Part shown: one piece after another, positions 35,601 to 48,540 of the stretch
Layout: every line of letters begins with the position of its first letter
How positions within the stretch are numbered: the first letter of the stretch is position 1
NCBI RefSeq assembly: GCF_004010195.1
Contig: NC_057757.1
Location: 3,688,149 to 3,752,148 of the forward strand
Length of the DNA stretch: 64,000 nt
Source of the DNA: Chiloscyllium plagiosum
Lineage: Eukaryota
Direction of reading: 5' to 3'
Translations under genes and position numbers: made by a program
The notes under the pieces: generated by a model
What the model was told of the DNA's origin: nothing
Seen by the model: the letters and a program-made list of their open reading frames with translations, nothing else
Databases searched by the model: none

Positions 35601-37145
35601 ACTGAGAGAGGGAGGGCGTGACCAAGAGAGGAAGGGCACGCCCGAGAGAGGGAGGGCACACCCGAGAGAGAGAGGGCACACCCGAGAGAGAGAGGGCACA
35701 CCCGAGAGAGGGCACAACCGAGAGAAAGAGAGAGAGAGGGTGCGACCGAGAGAGAGAGAGGGCGCGACCGAGAGAGAGAGAGAGAGAGAGCAACTGAAAG
35801 AGAGAGGGCACGCCCAAGAGAGAGAGCAACCGAGAGAGAGAACAAGCGACCACGAGAGAGAGAGAGGGAGCGACTGAGAGAGAGGGAGCGACCGAGAGAG
35901 AGAGGGAGCGACCGAGAGAGAGAGGGAGCGACCGAGAGAGAGTAAGAGTGACAGAGAGAGAGAGAGAGAGAGAGAGACGACCGAGAGGGAGAGTGACAGA
36001 CAGGGAGCAACCAAGAGAGAGGCAGGGACAGAGAGAGAGAGGATGCGACAGAAAGAGAGCGAGGACACGCCTAAGAGAGAGAGAGAGAGGGCGCGACCGA
36101 GACAGAGAGAGGGCACACCCAAGAGGGCATGACCAAGAGACAGAGAGAGAGAGCACGAACAAGAGAGAGAGCAACAGAGAGAGAGTGACAGAGAGGGAGA
36201 ACCAAGAGAGAGGGAGAGACAGAGAGAGAGCGTGACAGAAAGAGAGTGAGGGCACGCCCAAGAGAGAGAGGGCATGCCCGAGAGAGAGAGAGAGAGAGAG
36301 AGACACAGACAGACAGAGCGTGATCGAGAGAGAGAGGGCACGACCAAGAGAGAGGGCACGACCAAGAGAAAGAGGGCACACCCGAGAGAGTGAGGGCATG
36401 CCCGAGAGAGACAGAGAGAGAGAGACAGACAGACAGAGCGTGATCGAGAGAGAGAGGGCACGACCAAGAGAGAGGGCACGACCAAGAGAGTGAGGGCATG
36501 ACCGAGAGAGAGAGAGAGAGAAAGAAAGGGGGAGGGCACACCCGAGAGACTGAAGGCACGACCAAGAGAGTGAGGGCACAACCGAGAGAGAAGCCACAAC
36601 CGAGAGAGAGGGCATGACCGAGAGAGAGAGGGCACGACCGAGAGCGAGAGACAGAGCACACCGGAGAGAGTGAGGGCATGACCGAGAGAGAGAGAGAGAG
36701 GGAGAGAGGGAGGGCACGACCGAAAAAGAGAGAGAGGGTGCACCCGAGAGAGTTAAGGCACGACCGAGATAGAGAGGGCACAACCGAGAGAGAGGGCTCG
36801 ACCGAGAGAGAGAGGGCTCGACCGAGAGAGAGAGAGAGAGAGGGGGCTCGACCGAGAGAGAGAGGGGGCGCGACCGAGAGAGAGAGGGCGCGACCGAGAG
36901 AGGGAAGGCGCGACCGAGAGAGAGAGGGCACGACCGAGAGAGAGAGAGGGGACCGCCGAGAGAGAGAGAGGATTAACACAGAGAGAGAGAGATAGAGTGA
37001 CCGAGAGAATGAGAGCGACTGAGAGTGAGGAAGAGACAGAGAGAGAGGGCGGGACAGAAAGAGAGAGCGCCCGAGAAAGAGTGCAACTGAGAGAGAGCAT
37101 CCCCAAAAGGGAGTGACCGAAAGAGAGCGACTGAGAGGGAGTGAC
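32610..37145. repeat. Purine-rich ~20-bp satellite (gagagagggagggcgcgacc) with higher-order blocks
   Basis: Visible tandem units, CpG-rich cores, GA tracts; one 812-N gap. Confidence 0.95.
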
Positions 37146-38759
37146 AGAGTGGGCGGGATGTTGGAGGATGTCCAGAACTAGGGGTCCTGGAAGACAGTGC
37201 CTGGAAATGTGGTGGAGTGGGAGGAAGAATCCAATTGCTGCAGAGTTGGGAATTGCAGGTTTCCTGATGAGCAGCAGAGGGCGCCTGTGGCTCAGCCTGG
37301 AGGCTGTGCTTTTCCAGCAACACCCTTGATTCTGATCTCCAGCATCTGCAGACCTCACTTTCTCCTCAGTCTGGAGGCCGTCATTGATAGCCAGGCTCCA
37401 GCTCCATCTTGTGGCTGCAGTAGGGGTTGCTTCCTGCAACTCCTTGTATTTCTCACTGGGATTTCACACATTAAATAAATTCTCTGTCACAAGTTGCATT
37501 CAATTTTCCCAAAGTGCTTCATTGGAGTCTTTGCATGATGAATAGTTCATGCCCAGTTTTTAAAAAGTGACCCAAAACATGGCAAAAAAAAAGAAACTAG
37601 CAGAAGATGTATCCTCATTGGGATACAAGTTGCATTCAATTTTCCCAAAGTGCTTCATTGGAGTCTTTGCATGATTCATGCCCAGTTTTTAAAAAGTGAC
37701 CCAAAACATGGCAAAAAAAAAACGAAACTAGCAGAAGATGTATCCTCATTGGATAAAACTGACTCAGGAAGCCTGCATACCTCATAGTTCATTGCAGTTT
37801 CATTAATCTATGCAAAAATCTTGTGTGAACCTGTGGAATAAATTTGGGCAAAAAACATTTCAATTTGTCCAAAAAAAGTGTGTTACTTTGTGCAAACATC
37901 CTCCGTAAGTATGTGAAATAAACTTGTGTTAATTTGGGCAAAACTTGTATCAATCTGTACAAAAGTCTTGTCTTAATTTGAGAGATAAGCCTGTGCTCAC
38001 TGGCACAAAGATATTGTATTGATTTGTCCAAAGAATGTGTGTTAATGTGGTGCAAATGCCCTGTATGAGTTTTTGGAGTAAACTGGTGTTATTTTGTGTT
38101 GTGAGTGTGTATCTGGGCTGCTCAGGGTTTGAACCTGCAGGGGTGTGTGTGTGTGAGAGTGTGTGTGAGAGAGTGAGTATGGGTTTTGTTTAAATCTCAG
38201 TTTTGACCCTTTAAGCTTCCCAAAGCAGGCTGTGTCCCTGTGGGGATCCTGGAGTGGGCTGTGTCCCTGATGGGACACAGAGAGCGAGAGAGAGCACATG
38301 GGGAGAGGAGCTGGGAGCAGCTGGAATGGTGTGTATGGTCTCCTTCCCCTCTCCATGTCTCTCCTTGCCTCACCTTTGTCTCTCCCTCACTTTTCCCCTT
38401 CCCTCTCTCTTTCCCTCTGTCTGTTTCTGTTTCACTCTCTCGCTCTCTCTGATCCTGTCCGCCTTTCCCTTTATCAGTTTGTCTGACTCTCTATGTCTGT
38501 CTCCCTCTCTGTCTCTGTCCCTCTCTCTATCTCTGCCTTTTTTCTCTCTCTGCTTCTGTGACTCTCTCCCTCTCTCTGTCCTGCTTTCTCTCTTTCTCTG
38601 TCCCTCTCTCTGCCTTTTTTCTCTCTGTCTTTATACCTCCCCCCCCCCCCCCCACTTTACAGGGAAAACTGGAACGGGGGTTTGAACACAAGGTGGAGAA
38701 TTGAAAAATTGAGGTGTTGCCTGACCGAGTAGGTTTGGTTGTTGGTGGAATGGAACTGG

Positions 38760-39105
38760 TGGGTGGCATGGTGGCTTAGTGATTAGCACTGCTGCCTCGT
38801 GGTGCCAGGGACCTGGGTTCAATCCCACCCTCAGGCGACTGTCTGTGTGGAGTTTGCACATTCTCCCTGTCTCTGTGTGGGTTCCTCCAGGAACTCCGGT
38901 TTCCATCCACAATCCAAAGATATGCACGTGAGAGTGAATTGACCGTGCTAAATTGTCCCATAGTGTTTAGGGATGTGTAGGTTAGGTACATTAGTCAGGA
39001 GAAATGTCGAGTAATAGGGTAGGGAATGTGTCTGGGTGGGTTGCTCTTTGGAGGGTTGCTGTGGATTTGCTGGCTTGAAGGAATCCCCCACACTGTAGGG
39101 ATACT
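38760..39105 (+). mobile_element. HE1-type SINE
   Basis: Head, single-unit body and tail. Confidence 0.8.
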
Positions 39106-40329
39106 ATGATTATAGAGTCACACAGCATGGACACAGGCCTTTCAGTCCAACTTGTCCATGCCAATCATGCTTCCCAAACTAAACCAGTCCCATTTGGCCC
39201 ACATCCCTCTGAACCCTTCCTCTCCATATATCTATACAAATATCTTCAATGTTGCACCTGGATCACCCACCTCCTGCAGAAAGTGTCTTACATTTAGCTC
39301 TGAAACATCTCCAGGATAGTGTCAACATGTGTGTGTGTGTGTGTGCACACCTGTGAGTATTGTGTGTTTGTGATTGCGCATCTCTGTATGGTGTGTGAAT
39401 GCGAGTGTTTGTAATAGTGTACATCTCTCTGTGACCTATTTGTCTGTTTCTGTGTTAATGCACAATTTTAGTGACCTCCTACTTGCCTGCATTAAATTCC
39501 ACCTACCGCTGATCTTAATATCCTGTTGCATTTCATTGCTATACTGCTTATAATGCTGCCTATCTGTCACAGTCTGGGCTCATTGAATGAATGAATTAAA
39601 TAAAATGTGATGAATCAAAGTCTCAATCTGCCTTCTTGTAGTTAAAGTGATACAATGCCACCCTCTGCTGGCCTCCTCATGCCACTGCAAAAGCAGCAGG
39701 TTTTGTTTCCTCCCCCATCAGCGCCTGTGAATCTCTTCAGTAACACAGTCGTTTCTCAAATTGCTTCTCAAGGAATGTTTTTGGAGACAGGGGGCAGTTT
39801 TGTCCGAACCCTTGTGATGTTGTCCCTGAGATGTGAGCAGAGGGAGATGAACATGACTTGTGCATGTTCCTCCACAACACAACTTTTCAATTCCCTCTCA
39901 CTTGTAAGAGTACATTCCAAAACATTGCAAGTTGCAGAAAGTGCAATGAAATTCGCCTTACCTCCTCACACACTTTCTCTGGCACTCTCTCTCTCTCACA
40001 CTGGCAAAGATGAAATTACTCTAATCACTTAAGGCGTGTAGGATTCTAAACAGACTTAAAAAGGACTGGCTGTTTCCTTTTCTCGAGTGGTCTAGACTGG
40101 GGGGAGACATTGTTTTAAAGTTAGAGCACGCCCTAATAAGAGGCAAGGAGAATTTTTGTTTACTCTGAGGATTGTGCCAAGCTTGGTATTCTCATCAGAA
40201 GTCTTATTGAAAATTCTTTGGAAGAAGGGAGATCAATTCTTTATCTGTATGTGTCTGAGGGAAAAAGGAACAAAGATAGAGGGCGGTTTAACCCCATTTA
40301 TTGGATACAGCCCCCAAAGAACAGAGAGG

Positions 40330-40497
40330 AAAATGTGTTGCTGGAAAAGCGCAGCAGATCAGGCAGCATCCAAGGAGCAGGAGAATCGACGTTTCGGGCA
40401 TGAGCCCTTCTTCAGGAATGAAGCCTGACCTGCTGCGCTTTTCTAGCAACACATTTTCAGCTCTGATCTCCAGCATCTGCAGCCCTCACTTTCTCCC
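40330..40497. mobile_element. Penelope-like inverted terminal-repeat pair enclosing a hammerhead-like core
   Basis: 35-bp inverted repeat at 40330-40364 and 40423-40457 (2 mismatches). Confidence 0.7.
40388..40415 (-). ncRNA. Candidate minimal hammerhead ribozyme core
   Basis: CUGAAGA-A-GGGC(UCAU)GCCC-GAAAC-GUC. Confidence 0.5.
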
Positions 40498-41104
40498 AAA
40501 GAACAGAGAGCCCATTACACAGAGACAAAAACATACCCGCGCACACACGATAGTCAGATGGAGATAGACAGAGACACAGAACCAGAGAGCAGGTTCCGGA
40601 TCCCTAAATAAATTGTCACATTGATTCCCAGCTCTACACCTGGGTTATAACACTGACCGGGGGAGGGGGACGCTGGACCATGTTGACGTTGGTACAAGGC
40701 TTGGGAGCTGCTCATTGCAGGATCTTCACCGTTTGCCTGTTTGTTGTTGTTATGTCAGTGTTAGGGTTAATCCAATTGTATTCAGGGAGAACACTCAGGG
40801 TTTAGTAGGGACAGTTACAGAGTGCCAAGCTGCTATATGTCACAATTAGATGGCCAGCTGTCCTCTCACTGGTCTGAACATTGTTACATGTTCCTATCTA
40901 CCCAAATCAGGACTGGACCCCTACGCCCATTTGTATAATCCTTCTGAAGTTACATTGTAAAGACACTCTGTTCAGTTGTCTAACACGTTTAAACTCAGTG
41001 ATGTGCCTGTATGTATTCCAACTCTGGGTCCAATGAGGCTGGGGGGTGGGCGGAGCGGAGGGACAGGGACAGCCCTGCCCATTTGGAATTGGGAACCAGC
41101 AGCG

Positions 41105-42040
41105 AGAGAGAGTCAGCATTCTCTCACAGCTGCACATTGTTTCTCGCTCACACTCTTTCACATTTGTGTACTCTCTGTCCCTCTCACACATGGTGCGTGT
41201 GCGAGAGAGGGAGAGTGCCTCTCGCACGCACACTCACTTTCTCTAGCACACATGCATACTCTTCCTCACACATACACTTGCAAGTACACATTCTCTTTCA
41301 CACACACACCATCTCTCACATGCGCGCACACTCACTTGTGTACACTCTTGGTCTCACACTCTCTCCCACATGCGCGTACACTCTCGCAAGCACTTTCTCT
41401 CGCACACATGCACTCTCGCACATATACACACACTCTCACAGGGTCACTCATGCGTACACTCGCACACATTCTGTCTCACGTGCTCACTCTCATGTGCACA
41501 CATTCTCACTTGTGTGCACTGTCTCTCACACTTTCTCATGCGCATGTTTTCTTTCTCTCACATGCACACGTTCCCATTCTTGTACACAATGACACTTCAC
41601 TCGCTCTCTTGCACACGCGCACACTTGCTCTCGCACGTGCACATTGTCTCTCTCACGTACGCGCGCACACATCTTTTCTCTTGCATGCAGTCTCCCTCGC
41701 ACTTTTAGTGCACCCACGCGCACACACTCACACGCATACACTCTATCGCACACATGTACACTCTCACTCGCACACTGTCCTTCACACGTGCACACACTCT
41801 CAATTGTCTCTTTCTCACTGTCTCACAAACACTTCCTCTTACACGCACTCTTGCACACTCTCGTAGGTGCACTCTGTTCTCACACTATTTCTCACTCGCA
41901 CACATTCTTTGTCTCTCATATGTGCACACACTCACTTGTGTACACTCACTCTCACTTTCTCTCCCGCACGCGCACACTTTCTCACACAAATACATTCACA
42001 CTTCCTTGTATGCAGTCTTTCGCGCACACGCACACACAGC
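41105..42040. repeat. CA/CT-rich low-complexity tract
   Basis: Degenerate (CA)n/(CT)n mixture. Confidence 0.85.
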
Positions 42041-42300
42041 AATCTAATGGAATTAGAACAGAGAGAATCAAACAAAACTTGGTGTTGAATTTGTGGAGTT
42101 TTCATTTTTGTTGCGTGCCTAAGATGGGGAGAGTCGGGAGTGAGTTTAAAATCAGCATCTCTCATCAGATCATTAAATTTAAGATTTTTAAAATTGTATT
42201 ATGATAGTCCAGAGGGAGCTTTATTCTGTATCTAACTCTGTGGTGTCCCTTCCCTGGAAGTGTTTGATGGGGATACAGTAAAGGGAACTTTGCTGTCGTT

Positions 42301-43060
42301 GGGCGGCTCAGTGGTTAGCACTGCTGCCTCAACGCCAGGGACCCGGGTTCGATCCCAACTGTGGGCGACTGCCTGTGTGGAGTCCCCTGCTGTAGGGTGT
42401 TGTGAAACTTGAAAGGGTGCAGAAAAGATTTACAATGATATTGCTAGGTTTAGAGGATTTGCGCTATCGGGAGAGGCTGAATAAGCTGGGGCTATTTTCC
42501 TTGGAGCGTCGGGGGCTGGGGGTTTGGCCTTAAGGGTTTATAAAAGGCGACTGCCTGTGTGGAGTCCCCTGCTGTAGGGTGTTGTGAAACTTGAAAGGGT
42601 GCAGAAAAGATTTACAATGATATTGCCAGGTTTAGAGGATTTGCGCTCTCGGGAGAGGCTGAATAAGCTGGGGCTATTTTCCTTGGAGCGTTGGGGGCTG
42701 GAGGTTTGGCCTTAAGGGTTTATAAAATTACGAGGGGCATGGATAAGGTGAATAGCCAGTCTTTTTCTCCAGGGGTGGGGCAGTCCAAAATTAGAGGGTA
42801 TAGGTTTAAGGTGAGGGGGGGAAAGATTTAAAAGGGAGTTAAGGGGCAACTTTTTCACAGAGGATGGTGAGTGTATGGAATGAGCTGCCAGAGGAAGTGG
42901 TGGAGGCTGGCACAATAACGACATTTAAAAGGCATCTGGCTGGGTATATGAATAGGATGTGTTTACAGGGATATGGGCCAAGTGCTGGCAAATGGGACTA
43001 GATTAATGTAGGATAATTGGCTCGTATGGACTAAAGGATGTTTCTTTGCTGTGTCTATAT
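42301..43060 (+). mobile_element. HE1 head fused to a CR1 3' fragment, with a 182-bp tandem duplication
   Basis: Duplicated block 42364-42545 and 42546-42727. Confidence 0.7.
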
Positions 43061-43589
43061 CTCAGTGTTATTGTGTTCGTCTGTGTGTGTACCTGTGTGT
43101 TGGTGTGTGCATGACAGAGGTGTAATTGAGTACCTGCGTGCACATCTGTCCATCAGGAAGATAGGGTTACAACTAAATCTCTGCACAGTAGGAGGCTGTT
43201 CAGTCCTTGCATCCACACTATCAATTAGATCGTGACAAAACTGAACACTGAAATCTGAACCACGTATCTGTCCATCTTGAAATCCGACAGAAATCTGGTT
43301 AATATTCTCAACCACCCACATCAGCTCTTTTTAAGACAGAGGGAACTCTAGATTTCCACTCCCCTTTTTACAAGCACATGCTTCCCAACAGATTTAGTTT
43401 TAAGGTGGTTTTAAGGTCCTGCCTTCAAGGGAGATCCTCTCTCATCCAACATCCACCAGGTTAAACCGTTCCGAAGGCTGCATCCCATCTGATCAGCAAC
43501 ATCCTGTCTCCATGCTGTACAACTCTACAACTACAAAGCTTGGGACTGTTCTACCCAAACACGAAAATGTAAAGACCAGATTTATCAAG

Positions 43590-44062
43590 TCGTCCACCAG
43601 ATATCCTAAAACTAAACTAGTCCCATTTGCCAAAACTTGGCGCATTTCCCTATGAACCCTTCCCATTCATATACCCATCCAGATGCCTTTTAAATGCTGT
43701 AATTGTACCAGTCTCCACCACTTCCTCTGGCAGCTTATTCCATACAGACACCACCCTGTGAGAAAAAGTTGCCCCTTAGATCCCTTTCCTCTCTCACTTT
43801 AAACCTTTGCCTTTGGGCTCCCCTATCCTATCCACCCTATAGGGCTATTCTCCCTATCCACACCACTCATGATTTTATAAACTTCTATAAGATCACCCTC
43901 AGCCTCCGATGCTCCAGGGAATAAAAAGTCCCAGCCTATTAAGCATCTCCCTATGGCTCAAACCCTCCAAGTCCCAGCAACGTCCTTGCAAATCTTTTCT
44001 GAACCCTTTCAACTTTCACAACATCCTTCCCATAGGAGAGAGTCCAGAACTGAATGCAGTAT
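43590..44062 (-). mobile_element. CR1 3' fragment
   Basis: YCIQFWTLSYGKDVVKVERVQKRF. Confidence 0.75.
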
Positions 44063-44360
44063 TTATCAGCTAAAACCATGAGAGAGTGAATGGGGGAAAT
44101 GCTGAGGGAAGGAAATCTGTTGCCCTTATCAATCTGACCTACACACAACTCCAGACCCATAGCCACGTTGACTCTTAAACTCCCCTCTGGGTAATTAAGG
44201 ATGAGCAAAAATTGCTGGGGCACCAGGCATCGCCGTCCATGTCCTGTGAATGAAGAACACACTCCGTTTTAAAGGGCTTCTCACACATACAGTTAGTTAG
44301 GTCATCTCTCAGTTAAATGGCCCTGCAAACTCAATGCCCAGAATGGCTTCATTCTACAGT

Positions 44361-47300
44361 TAGAACATAGAATAGGCCCTTCAGCCCACGATGTTGTGCC
44401 GACCATTGATCCTCATGTAAGGTAAACCTAATGTATGAACCCTCAAATTTCTGTGGCCATATGCATGTCCAGCAGTCTCTTAAATATCCCCAATGACCAC
44501 ACTTCCACAACTGCTGCTGACAACGCATTCCATGCTCTCACAACTCTCTGCGTAAAGAACCCGCCTCTGACATCCCCTCTATACAAACAGCTTAAAACTA
44601 TGACCTCTCGTGTTAACAATTTCTGCCCTGGGAAAAAGTCTCTGGCTATCAACTCTATCTATGCCTCTCATTATCTTGTACACCTCAAATTAGGTCCCCT
44701 CTCTTTCTTCTTTTTTCCAATGAAAAAAGTTTGAGCTCAGTCAACCTCTCTTCGTAAGATAAACCCTCCATTCCAGGCAGCATCCTGGTAAACCTCCTCT
44801 GAACCCTCTCCAAAGCATCCACATCTTTCCTATAATAGGGCAACCAGAACTGGACACAGTATTCCAAGTGTGGTCTAACCAAAGTTTTATAGAGCTGCAA
44901 CAAGATCTCACAGCTCTTAAACTCAATCCCGCTGTTAATGAAAGCCAAAACACCATATGCTTTCTTAACAATCCTGTCCATGCGGGTGGCCATTTTAAGG
45001 GATCTATGTACCTGCACACCAAGATCCCTCTGTCCCTCCACACTGCCAAGAATCCTGTCTTTAACCCTGTACTCAACTTTCAAGTTTAACCTTCCAAAAT
45101 GCATCACTTTGCATTTATCCAGGTTGAACTCCATCTGCCACCTCTCAGCCCATCTCTGCATCCTGTCAATGTCATGCTGCAGCCTACAACAGTTCCTCTA
45201 TACTGTTAACGACACCTCCAACCTTTGTCGTCTGCAAACTTGCTGACCCATCCTTCAAACTCCTCATCCAAGTCATTAATAAAAACTACAAAGAGTAGAG
45301 GCCCAAGAACACAGCCCTGTGGAACACCACCGACTTCCAGGCAGAATACTTTCCTTCCACTACCACTCGCTGTCTTGTCGACCAGCCAATTCTGTATCCA
45401 CACAGCTAAATTTCCCTGTATCCCATTCCTCCTGACCTTCTGAACGGGCCTACCATGGGGAACCTTATCAATTGCCTTGCTGAAGTCCATATACACCACA
45501 CCCACAGCTCGACCCTCATCAACTTGTCTAGTAACATCCTCAAAGAACTCAATAAGATTTGTGAGGCATGACCTGCCCTTCACAAAGCTGTGCTGACTGC
45601 ATTTAATCAAACCATGCTCTTCCAGATGGTCATAAATCCTATCCCTCAGAATCCTTTCTAACACCTTGCAGATGACAGACGTGAGACTTACTAGTCTGTA
45701 ATTGCCTGGAATTTCCCTATCTCCTTTCTTGAAGAGAGGAATTACATTTGCCTCTCTCCAGTCCTCAGGTACGACTCCGGTGGAGAGCGAGGATGCAAAG
45801 ATCTTCGCAAGCAGAGAAGCAATCACATTTCTCACTTCCCAAAGCAGCCGAGGACAAATCTGGTCTGGCCCCGGTGACTTGTCAATCTTAATGTTTGTCA
45901 AAATTTTCAGCGCATCATTCTTCAATCTGTTCGAGAATGCTTACGTGCTCCTCAATGGTTTGATTCACTACAAGGTCCTTTTATTTAGTAAAGACAGAAG
46001 CAAAAAACTCATTTAGGGCTTCCCCTACCTCCTCAGACTCTGTACACAAGTTCCCTATGCTATCCCTGATCGGCCCTACTCTTTCTTTGATCATTCTCTT
46101 ATTCCTCACGTAAGTGTAAAATGCCTTTGGATTCTCCCTAATCCTTCCTGCCAAGCCTTTTTCGTGCCCCCTCCTGGCTCTCCTTAGACCATTTTTGAGC
46201 TCCTTCCTCGCCTGCCTGTAATCCTCTAGAGCTGAGCAAGACCCTTGCTTCCTCCACCTTACGTAAGCTGCCTTCTTTCTTCTGATGAGCAGCTCCTCCA
46301 CTCTCATCAACCAAGGTTCCTTTATCTTACCCCTTCTTGCCTGTCTCAGAGGAACACATTTGTGCATCACTCGCAACAACTGTTCCTTCAACAGTGTCCA
46401 CATGTCTATAGTACCCTTTCCATGGAACAATTGCTCTCAGTCCATGCTTCCCAACTCACGTCTGATAGCATCATAGTTTCCTTTTCCTCAATTAAATATC
46501 CTCCCGTTGTGCCTGCTTCTCTCCTTCTCCATAGCTATGTAGAATGAGAGGCAGTTGTGGTCACTATCCCCAAAATGCTCTCCCACCGCAAGATCTGACA
46601 CCTGCCCCGGCTTATTGCCAAGCACCAAATCCAAAATGACCTCTCCCCTTGTCGGCCTGTCAACGCACTGAGTTAGAAACCCTCCTGAACACACCTTACA
46701 AAAACAGCTCCTTCCAAACCATCTGCTCGAAGGAGATTCCAATCAATATTGGGAAAGTTAAAGTCACCCATTACAACAACCCTACTACATTCACACTTTT
46801 CCAAAATCTGAGATTGAAGAAAGACCTATTCTTTCTTCAATCTCCCTGCTGCTATTGGGGGGCCTATAGTAAACCCCTAATGAGATGACTGATCTCTGAC
46901 TGTTCCTAATTTCCACCCATACTGACTCAGTAGGCAGACCCTCCTCGACAATGGTAACTTCTGTAGCTGTGATACCCTCACTGATTAGTAGTGCTACACC
47001 CCCCCCTCTTTCTCCTCCCTCCCTATTCTTTTTAAATGTTCTAAAGCCTGGAACATCCAGCAACCATTCCTGCCCCTGAGAAACCCATGTCTCTGTTATG
47101 GCCACAACATCATAGCACCAGGTACTGATCCATGCTCTAAGCTCATCACTTTTATTCCTGATACTCCTTGCATTAAAGCAAACACACTTTAACTGATCCC
47201 TTGGTTCTTTCCCAGGGAATTCCTTCCCACTGGCTGCGCTACCTCTTGCTATTGCCTCATCTCCATCAACTCTCACCTCCGGTATAAAGCTCAGGTTCCC

Positions 47301-48540
47301 ACCCTCCCTGCCATACTAGTGTAAACCCTCCTGAACCACTCGATCCACCACTCCGTCCCCTTCCAGTTCAGGTACAACCCGTCCTTCATGTACAGGTCTC
47401 ACCTTCCCCAGAATGAATCCCAATTATCTACATATCTGAAGCCCTCCCTGCTACACCAGCTGCGTAGCCACGTGTTAAGCTGTGCCCGCTCCCTGTTCCT
47501 CGCCTCGCTATCTCGTGGCACCAGTAATAAACCCGAGAACACTACTGTTCATCCTGCTCTGCAGCTTCCACCCTAACTCCCTGAAATCACTTTTTATATC
47601 CTCGATCCTTTTCCTGGCTAGATCATTGGTGCCAATACGTAACACGATTTCTGGCTGTTCGTCCTCCCCTTTCAGAATCTTTTGCACCTGATTGGAGACG
47701 TCCCGGACCCTGGCACCAGGGAGGCAATGTAGCTTCCGGGAATCCCGATCCCGACCACAATTGTGGGCGGCACGGTGGCACAGTGGTTAGCACTGCTGCT
47801 CGGCGGGTCGGTGTGGACTTGTTGGGCCGAAGGGCCTGTTTCTACACTGTAATCTAATCTAATCTAATCTAATCTAAAATCTCCTGTCAATTCTCCTAAC
47901 AATCGAGTCTCCTACCACTAGCGCTTTTCTATTCTGCCCCTTTCCCTTCTGGGCCACAGTGTCAGGCTCAGTGCCAGGGAACTGACCACTATGGATTTCC
48001 TCTGGTAGGTCATCCCCCCAGCAGTATCCAAAATGATGTACTTATTGCTGAGAGGAATGTCCACAGGGGATCCCTGCACTGTCTGTCTGTCCCCTTTCCT
48101 CCCCCTAACTGTAACCCATCTATCCTTATCCTGAGCCTCAAGAGTGACCAACTGCCGGTAACTCCTCTCAATTACCCCCCTCACCTCCCGAATGATCTGC
48201 AGTTCATCCAGCTCCAGCTCCCATTCCTTAACACGGTTTTCAAGGAGCTGGAGTTGGATGCACTTCCTGCAGATGCAGCCAGCAGAGATATGCCTCGGGT
48301 CTCTCACCTGCCACATCTGCAGGAGGAGCAAGCAATTGCCCGAGCATCCATACCCCACTTATCTGAACGCCCATAGAATACTAAACAAGAAAGCTTAATT
48401 CAATTGCTATAAAATCAAGCAATAAACTTATAATCAATAAAGGAAGTTTAGAAATGAACCGTGCCTTATTGGTTAGAGGAGGGGGGTGGGTTGGAGACAC
48501 TACAGTTGTAGTGCCTCGGGTTTAGCCGCCTTGCTAATAT
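44361..48540 (-). mobile_element. Near full-length CR1/HER1 LINE, frameshifted
   Basis: ORF1 remnant (CRKCIQLQLLE..ELELDEL), APE endonuclease (FNARSIRNK, AITETW, GVYYRPP), RT (KSPGPD, KFADD), ttctatgttcta tail. Confidence 0.9.
47764..47877 (+). mobile_element. Internally deleted HE1 SINE inside CR1 ORF1
   Basis: About 35-bp tRNA head joined to the 3' tail and (TAATC)n. Confidence 0.7.

Noticed and set aside
32042..36995. Very long ORFs (up to 1166 aa, SLSR/ERE-rich)
   Set aside because: Translation of a stop-poor satellite and of N gaps
40976..42204. His/Thr/Leu-rich ORFs
   Set aside because: CA/CT low-complexity translation
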